Positions 54,418 to 62,526 of a stretch of DNA of 64,000 nt are shown here, piece by piece (positions within the stretch are counted from its first letter, which is position 1; each line of letters starts with the position of its first letter). This DNA comes from Planctomycetota bacterium. Lineage in GTDB: Bacteria; Planctomycetota; SZUA-567; H5-PLA8. The position numbers and the translations under genes were made by a program. The stretch spans positions 32,001 to 96,000 of the forward strand of contig JBBRPR010000001.1 in NCBI GenBank assembly GCA_038227875.1, written 5' to 3'. The notes beneath the pieces are model-generated. The model saw nothing but the letters and a program-made list of their open reading frames with translations. It was not told the origin of the DNA and made no database searches.

Positions 54418-55854
54418 ATGAAGCATGCGCCGTCCCTGTTGCTGCTCGCGGTGTTGTGCTCCATGATCCGACTTCGGGCTGGCGAGCCTGCGCCGAAGCC
54501 GCCGGATCCGCTCACGGTTATCCTTGAAAACACGAAGCCGTTGGAAATTCCGCGCGGCAAGCGATTGCCGCTGTTGGTCTGGACGGCTGAGTACCCGCCG
54601 AATGCCGACGACGCGGAACTGGAACGGATCATCAGGGAACTCGACGCGCGCGGCATTTCGCTGCTGACGCGCTGGCGCTCCAGCCAGTTCGAAAAAAGCG
54701 TCGCCTTCGCGCTGCGCGTGGCGGCGATCCAGAAGAAGCTGGGGATTCCCGTCGCCGTCGCGGCGGAGAACGACACGATCAACGGGTTCTGCGACGGCTC
54801 TCCGGGTACCGGCCATGTCGGCGCGGACGGCAAGCCGTTCTTCGACGATACGTTCATGGTCTGGAAGGCCGGCTGTCCGTTCACGATGGCTGCCCGGTAC
54901 GACGCGATGAAAGCGAAGCTGGAGCCGTTTTTGAAAAAGTACAAAGAAGCCGGCGCGCCGCTGGATTTCTGGACGGCCGACTTCGAATTCGACGGCCCGG
55001 ACGAATGGAACACGTCGTGGGAGAAATCGAAAAAGTGCACCGTCTGCCAGGCGAAGATCAAGGAGCTCGACAGCAACTTCACCGCCTTTCAAACAGCCGT
55101 CCGCACGGTTCGCACGGAGATGCAGGCCGACGTTTTCTCGAAGACGATCAAGGCGTACTTTCCCGACGCGCGGTTTGGCGTGTACGGGATGAATCCCAAC
55201 GACGGCTTCCGCTACTGGTGGGATTTCTTCGAGAAGAAAGACGCGATCCCCGGCGTCGCGTACAAGCAGGATCAGGGCGGCGTTTACCGGCCTTGGGCGC
55301 AGGAGTTCGAGGCCAGCGGCTACACTGTCGCGATGCCGGTGATCTACAGTCTCTACAATCCGTACAAATTCAAGAACGAGGAGTACGGCTGGTTTTACAA
55401 CATGCTGCTGGAGTATTCCGGCAGCGCGAAGCATACGCCGGATGCCGTCGCGCAGGTCCCCTTCGTGCATTGGAGTGTCACGGCGCCGAATGGAATGACG
55501 CCGCTGAGCGAATCGAAATACAAGGAACTGCTCTGGCACTTGCTGCTCCGCCGCGCGAACGGATTCTGCATGTGGTGTACGCCCGAGCAGATGGCGAAGA
55601 ACATCGTGCCGCTGCAGCAGGTGTACGCCGAGTCGCAACCGTTCCGCACGTTTCTTGATCACGGCACGCCGATCACGTTCGACGTGCCGAATCAGCCCGG
55701 CACAGTGGTCTCCGGGCTGAAGTTGGGCAAACGGCTGCTTGTTCGCCGCACGGATTTTGAGGCCAACGCCAACGCGGCGGTGCTGAAGGTCGACGACAAG
55801 ACCGTGAAAGTCGAGTCGGCGCCGGGGGCTTGCCAGGTGATTGAGCTGCCGTAG
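54418..55854 (+). CDS. Secreted hypothetical protein, possible TIM-barrel glycoside hydrolase fold
   Basis: AGGAG RBS, signal peptide, LDFWTADFE segment, KAYFPDARFGVY. Family not recognisable. Confidence 0.7.
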   Translation: MKHAPSLLLLAVLCSMIRLRAGEPAPKPPDPLTVILENTKPLEIPRGKRLPLLVWTAEYPPNADDAELERIIRELDARGISLLTRWRSSQFEKSVAFALRVAAIQKKLGIPVAVAAENDTINGFCDGSPGTGHVGADGKPFFDDTFMVWKAGCPFTMAARYDAMKAKLEPFLKKYKEAGAPLDFWTADFEFDGPDEWNTSWEKSKKCTVCQAKIKELDSNFTAFQTAVRTVRTEMQADVFSKTIKAYFPDARFGVYGMNPNDGFRYWWDFFEKKDAIPGVAYKQDQGGVYRPWAQEFEASGYTVAMPVIYSLYNPYKFKNEEYGWFYNMLLEYSGSAKHTPDAVAQVPFVHWSVTAPNGMTPLSESKYKELLWHLLLRRANGFCMWCTPEQMAKNIVPLQQVYAESQPFRTFLDHGTPITFDVPNQPGTVVSGLKLGKRLLVRRTDFEANANAAVLKVDDKTVKVESAPGACQVIELP

Positions 55855-55884
55855 CAGCGGCTCTTGGCTCTTGGGAGCCTTGCG

Positions 55885-56550
55885 TTAAGCCTGTCCGCTT
55901 TTGTCCGCTTTTTCCGGACGGGGGTAGCGGAATGACTGCACGGGCTGGACGACCTGTTGTGGAGTCGCCTGGGCCTGTCCGCTTTTGTCCGCTCGTTTGG
56001 CGGCGAGTTCGGCTTTGGCGGCCTTCTCGGCGGCGATTTCGGCGTAGATCTTGTTCTCGGCGGCTTTCTTCTGCGCCTCCATCATGTTGAGCATCGTGTC
56101 AACCCGGTGCGAGGCGTTGATCAGTTTCGTGTGCTCTTCGCGGTCCACGCGCTCTTTTTCGAGACGATCGGCCTTCTTGTCGTGATGGACAAATTCGCGC
56201 CAGGCTTGAGCTTCCTCGGCGCGGCGTTCGAGGCGTTCTTCCTGCTGCAGCAGTTTCAGCGTTTGAATCACGAGGTAATCGGAGGCGTTGGGATCTTCGA
56301 GGATCGCGCGGATGCGGTTGCGGCCGAGCTTGCGGAGCTCGCGGTTTTCGCGGGCGACTTCGGCGGCTTCGTCCTGCTGGAGTTTGCGGGCGAGGGCGTG
56401 GTGCTTGTTGAGTTCGGCGACGAAGTTTTCCTCTTCGGCCCAGCGGCGGATGGTGCGCGGGTTGACGTTCAGTTCCCTGGCGACTTCGTGTTGCTTCTTG
56501 CCGGAGACGAAGAGGTCGATGGCTTTTTCGTGGAGCGGTTCGAGATTCAT
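55885..56550 (-). CDS. Helix-turn-helix protein (phBC6A51 / terminase-small-subunit-like N-terminus)
   Basis: KAIDLFVSGKKQHEVARELNVNPRTIRRW..NFVAEL, coiled-coil middle, duplicated ADKSGQA at the C-terminus. Confidence 0.75.
   Translation of the reverse strand: MNLEPLHEKAIDLFVSGKKQHEVARELNVNPRTIRRWAEEENFVAELNKHHALARKLQQDEAAEVARENRELRKLGRNRIRAILEDPNASDYLVIQTLKLLQQEERLERRAEEAQAWREFVHHDKKADRLEKERVDREEHTKLINASHRVDTMLNMMEAQKKAAENKIYAEIAAEKAAKAELAAKRADKSGQAQATPQQVVQPVQSFRYPRPEKADKSGQA
55889..55993. repeat. 21-bp direct repeat, two copies
   Basis: GCCTGTCCGCTTTTGTCCGCT at 55889-55909 and 55973-55993. Each copy holds two TGTCCGCT units. Confidence 0.9.
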
Positions 56551-56870
56551 AACGGAGATCCTTTCGGCATCCCACGGCGAAACACAGGAGCGCCAGGCGC
56601 TTATAAGGTGATTCGGGTTGTGGGTGGAAAGTGGGCGAGCGCCGGACCGCGTTTCAGCGATAAGGACGGACGTTCGCAGGTGCCAGAAAAGTACCCTAAT
56701 ATAAGGAGAATGTCAATAGGGCAGTTTTTAATTTTTAGTTTTGAGTTTTGAATTGTTTCGAGGTGGAATGTCGAATCTCCACACATTGTGCCTAAATATG
56801 AAGTTGTATCAATTTGAGCAGTCGCTTACTGTTACACCGCAGTCCTTCTATCGGGCGAGCGGGAAATTAC

Positions 56871-59800
56871 GTGCTCAACGAAACCTCTGACAACCGCTGG
56901 TACGAATTGCTCCGCGTCACGCGGCAGTGGCGTTTGGAATGGGATCTGGAGCAGTTGCTGCATCGCGTGGCCAAGGAGGCGGTGGAGTTCCTGGCCTTCG
57001 ATCGCGGCGCGGTTTTTCTGCTGGGGCCCGAAGGGATTATTCGGCGCGCGGAGTATTTGCGCCACGCGGCGCGGCCGCTGGATGAATCGCGCAGCGAGAT
57101 TCAGCGCATTGCCGAGAAGGTCGTGCAGAACGGCCGGCCGGTTTTCGCTCACGTCGTCGGCAACAACGCGGCGCTGAATAAGATTTCCGACGAAAGGATC
57201 GGCGATGCGTACTGCGTGCCGCTGACGGCGGGGCGCGGAATTCTCGGCGCGCTGTACGTGGATTCCCACGGCGGACTCAAGCGTGACAAGCAGAACCAGG
57301 AAGTGCTGGAGATGCTGGGCCTGCAGGCGGCGGCGGCGCTGGAGCACGCGCAGCTGTACCATTCGGCGATCACCGATCCGCTGACGGGGCTCTACAGCCA
57401 CCGCCATTTTCAGCAGCAGGTGGAGCAGGCGGTGCGTCGCGCGCTGCGCTCGGATCAGAAACTGTCGCTGCTGATCCTGGACCTTGACCACTTCAAGGCG
57501 CTCAACGATTCCGAAGGGCACGAAACCGGTAACCGCTGTCTGGTGCAAGTAGCGGATCTGCTGCGCACGACGCTGCGCAGCGCAGACATCATCGCGCGTT
57601 TTGGCGGCGACGAATTCGAATTGCTGCTGCCGGACACGAACCTGGCGGACGCGCTGAAGGTCGCCGAGAAGATCCGGCTGAAAATCGAGAAGCTGCGCTT
57701 TGGAAAAAATCGGCGCGTCGCGGGCACGATCGGCGCGGCGGCATTTCCAGATAACGCCACCGATGCGCAGCAGCTGTTCCTGCGCGCCGACGAAGCGCTC
57801 TACAAAGCCAAGCAGCAGGGCCGCAACCGCGCGGTGGCGTCCAGCGCAGCGGCTCAGGCGCCGGCGCGGGAAGCGCTGCGCGGGGATCCCGGGCGCGCAC
57901 CGGCCAACGACAAGCGGGCGTTGCCGCCGGAGACCGTGGCGGGCAGTTCGACGCCGCAGCGCACCACCACCGAGCAGATCGACGGGTACTCGCTGGTGCG
58001 GCGGCTGGGGCTGGGCAGCATGGGCGAAGTGCTGCTGGTGCGGCAGGAAGAACTGGAACGTGAAGTCGCGCTGAAACGGCCGCTCACGCCGCACCTCACG
58101 GCCGAGCAGGTGCATTCGTTCGAACGGGAAGCGAAGATCACGGCGTCGCTCAACCATCCCGGCGTGATCACCGTGTTCACGCTGGGCCGGGACTCCGACG
58201 GGCGGCGCTACTACACGATGAAGCCATTGCAGGGCTTGTCGCTGGCGCAGGTGCTGGAAGGCCGGCGCAAGGAAGATCTGAAAATCACGCGCCTGTTTAC
58301 GCTCAGCCGGCTGCTGGAGGTCGTGCAGCGCGTCGCCGAAACCATTGCCTACGCGCACCAGCGCGACGTGTTCCATCTCGACCTGACGCCGGCCAACGTG
58401 GTGCTGGGCGAATTCGGTGAAGTCACGGTGATCGACTGGGGCGCGAGCGCGTCGAGTACGACCAGCGGGAGTGGCCGCGGCGGGATCAACTACCACCTGC
58501 GCGGGCGGACGAACAAGAACGGCAAGCTGACATTCCTGGTTGGCTCGGCCGGATCGCTGGCGCCGGAGCAGCTTCCCGGGAGCAGGCGCAAACCCAGCGC
58601 GGCGACGGACGTTCACGCGCTCGGCGCGCTGTTGTATGAGGTGCTGACGGGGCGCGGGCCTTACGACCGCGACAACACGCATGACGTGCTCGATGCGATT
58701 CTCGGCGGCGCGATCATCCGGCCGGAAAAGGTGGTACCGAAGGCGGGCATCGATCCGACGCTCTCGCAGCTGTGCATGAACGCGCTGCACAAGGACGCGA
58801 AACTGCGGCCGAGCGCGGCGGAGTTCGCGCAGGGCCTGGGGCGGTACGTGCGGCGCGAGACGGAATACACGGTGACGCGTTTCGGACCCAACGAGGCGCC
58901 GCTGGACATGAAGGACTGGCAGGCGGTGCACGGCAAATGGAACCTGGTCGACGGCGAGTTTGTGTCGGGGGATTCAGATGGCCAGAACTGTCTGCTGCTG
59001 TGGAAGAATTCGGTGCCCGGCGCATTCCGGCTGGTAGTGGAAGGCTGGATTGAAAAGCGCGGCGAGCTGGCGCTGGTGGGACGCAACCGGGCGAGCAATG
59101 CAACCGAAGGGTACCTGTTCCAATTCGGGGCGGAATGGAACACGTGTACGAAGCTCAATTATTTCGCGGCGATCGCCGGTCGCGTTCCGCAGCCGGGACG
59201 GCACTACCGGCTGGAGATGGAATACCAGGAAGGCTGGCTCTACTGCTACATCGATGGGGAGAAAGTTTTCGAGCACCGCGAGCTGTTTCATTTTCCGGGG
59301 AACCAGATCGGGTTCTATACATGTGATCCGGGCGTGCACTTCAAGGTCCTTGAGATCCAGCGCCAGAACTGGGGCTTGAACGTGCCGGCAGTGCGCATGG
59401 CCGATGCGTATTACCACAGCCAGCAGTTCGACAAGGCCGCCGAGATGTACGCGGAGCTCAGCGAGCGGCTCGGCGACCGGTTGGAAGGACTGGAAGCGCG
59501 GTTGAAACTGGGATTGGCCTATGCCGGGATGGACCGGCGCTCCGAGGCGCGGAAGATGTTTCAAGAGCTGCGCGGGACATTGCTGGAGCCCTTTGCGCTC
59601 TCCAATGAGGCCATGCTGGATTTTCATCTGACGCCCGCCACCGGAAACCGCGACCAGCCGTGGCGCGGTTTGAAGGTGTTGAAAAAATTAATCGCCCGGC
59701 ATGCGGACAGTCCCGCGCGGTACACGGTCGTGGAAGCTTCGTACCGGTTCGTCAATGTGAAGACGACCCAGGAGCACTTGAACTTCACCGTGGAGATCAA

Positions 59801-60803
59801 GGATCTCGCGCGCAACAGCATTCCCCATCCGACGATGATGGAAATCGGCACGAACGGATCCTTCATGTCGTCGCTGATGGGGCTGGGGCAATACAAACGG
59901 GCGATGACGGAAGGAATCAAGTTTCAGAAGCGGCTGCTGCCGGGCCAGTATGACATTGGTTCCGTGCGCGCGATTCTGCAAGCGGTGATCGTGGCCAATG
60001 GGCGGGACGATCTATTGACGACCGACCCCTTTGACATTACGCGGTGGGACACAATCGACTTCGAAACGCCCCGGGCCTGTTCGATGTTCGACGTGGTGGT
60101 GCGGCAGCAGAAACTGCGGTCGTTCATTGAGCGGGTGAATGCCGAGGCTTCGCGCGTGCCGCTGCTGAGTTCGGACATCGCACAGACGGCGCTCTTCTGG
60201 GCGCATCTGGCGCTGGGCGAAAAGCGCGCAGCGCGGGAACTGCTTGACCGCCGTTTCCCCGCCAAGCAGGTTACAGATGTCACCGCCGGCATACTCCTCA
60301 CGGGGATGGTGGAGAGCCAGTACCGCGATCTGTTTGAAGATTACGCCGCGCGCCTGGAGAGCGAGCATCCCGGGGCCGCGCTGCACGTGCCGCGCCTGCG
60401 GTTGCGCGACGCCATTGAGCACCGGGAATTCGATGCCGCCGCGCGGCTGCTGCGCACGCTGGAGGGCACGCGGATGAATGCCGCCACGCGGGTGTTTAAA
60501 GTCATGCTGGAAACGCTGGGCGTGGTGAATGGCAACCGCAAGGAATTGAAAGCAATGGTGGATGCTTCGCTGGCCGGCCCGCTGCGCGATCTGGCGTATA
60601 TGTTTTTGGGACGAAAGAAGCCCGTTCCCGGAAAACTCTGGCCGCATCCCGGCTATATGCCGCAGTGGCGGCTGTGGCTGGCGCTGTGGCTGGAAGCGCG
60701 CGGACGCAAAGCGGCGGCGCAGGCGATCGTCAAACCGGCGCGCGATCCGCGGTATGGCCCCACGAACTCGCAGGCGGCAATTGAAGCCCTGCTTAAACGT
60801 TGA
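56871..60803 (+). CDS. GAF - GGDEF diguanylate cyclase - Ser/Thr kinase-like - beta-sandwich (DUF1080/LamG-like) - TPR fusion
   Basis: GAF (YCVPL..LGALYVDS), TDPLTGL, DLDHFKALND, RSADIIARFGGDEF, kinase LGLGSMGEV / VALK / HLDLTPAN / DWG / APE / DVHALG. Start GTG 56871 or TTG 56814. Confidence 0.9.
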   Translation: MLNETSDNRWYELLRVTRQWRLEWDLEQLLHRVAKEAVEFLAFDRGAVFLLGPEGIIRRAEYLRHAARPLDESRSEIQRIAEKVVQNGRPVFAHVVGNNAALNKISDERIGDAYCVPLTAGRGILGALYVDSHGGLKRDKQNQEVLEMLGLQAAAALEHAQLYHSAITDPLTGLYSHRHFQQQVEQAVRRALRSDQKLSLLILDLDHFKALNDSEGHETGNRCLVQVADLLRTTLRSADIIARFGGDEFELLLPDTNLADALKVAEKIRLKIEKLRFGKNRRVAGTIGAAAFPDNATDAQQLFLRADEALYKAKQQGRNRAVASSAAAQAPAREALRGDPGRAPANDKRALPPETVAGSSTPQRTTTEQIDGYSLVRRLGLGSMGEVLLVRQEELEREVALKRPLTPHLTAEQVHSFEREAKITASLNHPGVITVFTLGRDSDGRRYYTMKPLQGLSLAQVLEGRRKEDLKITRLFTLSRLLEVVQRVAETIAYAHQRDVFHLDLTPANVVLGEFGEVTVIDWGASASSTTSGSGRGGINYHLRGRTNKNGKLTFLVGSAGSLAPEQLPGSRRKPSAATDVHALGALLYEVLTGRGPYDRDNTHDVLDAILGGAIIRPEKVVPKAGIDPTLSQLCMNALHKDAKLRPSAAEFAQGLGRYVRRETEYTVTRFGPNEAPLDMKDWQAVHGKWNLVDGEFVSGDSDGQNCLLLWKNSVPGAFRLVVEGWIEKRGELALVGRNRASNATEGYLFQFGAEWNTCTKLNYFAAIAGRVPQPGRHYRLEMEYQEGWLYCYIDGEKVFEHRELFHFPGNQIGFYTCDPGVHFKVLEIQRQNWGLNVPAVRMADAYYHSQQFDKAAEMYAELSERLGDRLEGLEARLKLGLAYAGMDRRSEARKMFQELRGTLLEPFALSNEAMLDFHLTPATGNRDQPWRGLKVLKKLIARHADSPARYTVVEASYRFVNVKTTQEHLNFTVEIKDLARNSIPHPTMMEIGTNGSFMSSLMGLGQYKRAMTEGIKFQKRLLPGQYDIGSVRAILQAVIVANGRDDLLTTDPFDITRWDTIDFETPRACSMFDVVVRQQKLRSFIERVNAEASRVPLLSSDIAQTALFWAHLALGEKRAARELLDRRFPAKQVTDVTAGILLTGMVESQYRDLFEDYAARLESEHPGAALHVPRLRLRDAIEHREFDAAARLLRTLEGTRMNAATRVFKVMLETLGVVNGNRKELKAMVDASLAGPLRDLAYMFLGRKKPVPGKLWPHPGYMPQWRLWLALWLEARGRKAAAQAIVKPARDPRYGPTNSQAAIEALLKR

Positions 60804-60840
60804 GTTGCGCGCGGCGTGACGCGCACCCGTCGCTCATTAC

Positions 60841-61566
60841 TTACTGCTTTTCGAGGAATTCGAGGCGACCGATCCAGCGGGGGTTGTGTCGTTCGTTGTC
60901 GATGGCGAACTGGCGGATCACGCCGAAGCCGCTGACGGGGTTGCGGGGTTCGGCGAGCGTGAAATGCATGCCGGGGTTGAAGGCGCAGAGGTTGGTGCGG
61001 GTCTGGAACATCACGCCGCCGTTGCTGATGTTGAGAGTCAGCGCCTGGACTTGCTGAGTCGTGTCGTCGTGCGGGCGCAGGAGCAGCGGCAGCGCGGTGT
61101 TGAAGCGCGGCGAGCGGCGGCGGTGATCCTGGGGCGTCAGATGGCAGAGGCGCGACTGGACCTGGTGCTGCGACGCCAGTGAGACCAGGAATTTGACATT
61201 GAAGCGCTGTTCCAGACTGACGATCACCGCGGGCTGCAAGGGCGTATCCACCGCGACGCAGACGATGTGCTCGTGAGCTTCGTACGGCAGGAACTGGTAG
61301 TCGACCAGCACGCGCGGCTTGAAAAGGTTGACCAGCGCGGGGTCGGCGTCAAGGCCTTCGAGATCGATCAGCGGGAAGCCGGACTGCAGGCTCAGCGCTT
61401 CGAGAATCTCGTCGGGCGAGACCCAGCCGGACTCGCGCAGGTACTGCGTCAGGGAAATTCCCGAGGTCAGCGTGCGCTGCTCGGCTTCGAGAGCTTGAGA
61501 GACATTGAGCTGTCCGCGAGCCACGAAAATGCGCGTGATACGCTTCCCGCGAAAGGTATTGTTCAT
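60841..61566 (-). CDS. MshEN / T2SSE_N-like domain fused to a PilZ domain
   Basis: KRITRIFVARGQL..SLTQYLRESGWVSPDEILEALSLQSGFPLIDL, then RRRSPRF (RxxxR) and NISNGG (D/NxSxxG). Start 61566 preferred over 61614. Confidence 0.8.
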   Translation of the reverse strand: MNNTFRGKRITRIFVARGQLNVSQALEAEQRTLTSGISLTQYLRESGWVSPDEILEALSLQSGFPLIDLEGLDADPALVNLFKPRVLVDYQFLPYEAHEHIVCVAVDTPLQPAVIVSLEQRFNVKFLVSLASQHQVQSRLCHLTPQDHRRRSPRFNTALPLLLRPHDDTTQQVQALTLNISNGGVMFQTRTNLCAFNPGMHFTLAEPRNPVSGFGVIRQFAIDNERHNPRWIGRLEFLEKQ

Positions 61567-61802
61567 CGTTTCTGATCCATGGTCCGCACTCTTCATAACC
61601 TGTATACGAATCACTTACGCTTGTATGGCAGAGAAAGTTACGCGAAAAATTGAATAAAGTTATACTTATTTTTACAAGTTCATCCCCTCATGTATAAAGA
61701 CTTGTGAGAAAAGTGTACTTCGTGTGAGATATTGATTGCACTGGTGTAAATTTAATTTATAATGATATCATTAATTTGAAGTCGCTCCCTGCGGAGAAGC
61801 TC

Positions 61803-62501
61803 ATGTCCGATCCCGTACTGGCCGTCACCACCTCTGGACCGCAGCCCGATTTAAAGCTCGAAGCGTCCGTTTACCCGGTGCGCGATTTTGAGGTCACGGG
61901 GGACGGATCGCATATACAGTGGGAGCGCTGCCCCTGGCACCCCTTGGTGCGTGTCGGCAACGGTGCGGCAACGTATGCGACGCGGGTCAAGTTTCTGTAT
62001 TCGCCTCTAGGCATTTACTTCTTGTTTCACTGCGAGGACCGGAAGCTCTCCGTCACGCCGAGGCAGGATTTTGAGGACATTTTCAACGAAGACGTGATCG
62101 AACTGTTTCTCTGGCCGGATCAATCGCAGCGGTTGTATTTCGAATACGAACTTTCGCCGCTGGGCGTGGAGTTGCCGATCCTGGTGGCCAACAACGGAGC
62201 CACTTTCATGGGTTGGCAGCCCTGGAAGTACGCCGAAAGACCCATTCGCAAAGCCACGTCGGTGACGGACGGGGAAAAAGAATGCGGCGCGGCGGTGAGC
62301 GCCTGGTCCGCGGAGCTGTTCATTCCGTTTGCGCTGCTTCACGGCTTGGGCAACAGTCATCCGACGCGCGGCTCGGTCTGGCGCGCCAACATGTACCGCA
62401 TCGACCACGACGAGCAACCGTCCTCGCAATGGGCGTGGTGTCCGGACACGCAGGGCAATTTTCACGACTACACGAAATTCGGCACATTGAAGTTTCTGTG
62501 A
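61803..62501 (+). CDS. CBM9-like carbohydrate-binding / DOMON-like protein
   Basis: VTGDG..W, TRVKFLYS..IYFLF..D, EDVIELFL.PD, YFEYELSP, WSAELFIPF, WRANMYRID, FHDYTKFG. Confidence 0.85.
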   Translation: MSDPVLAVTTSGPQPDLKLEASVYPVRDFEVTGDGSHIQWERCPWHPLVRVGNGAATYATRVKFLYSPLGIYFLFHCEDRKLSVTPRQDFEDIFNEDVIELFLWPDQSQRLYFEYELSPLGVELPILVANNGATFMGWQPWKYAERPIRKATSVTDGEKECGAAVSAWSAELFIPFALLHGLGNSHPTRGSVWRANMYRIDHDEQPSSQWAWCPDTQGNFHDYTKFGTLKFL

Positions 62502-62526
62502 TGTTCCTCTTGAAGGCCTCCAAAAA

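Noticed and set aside
55885..56550. Prophage suggested by the terminase-small-like HTH
   Set aside because: No large terminase, portal, capsid or integrase nearby.
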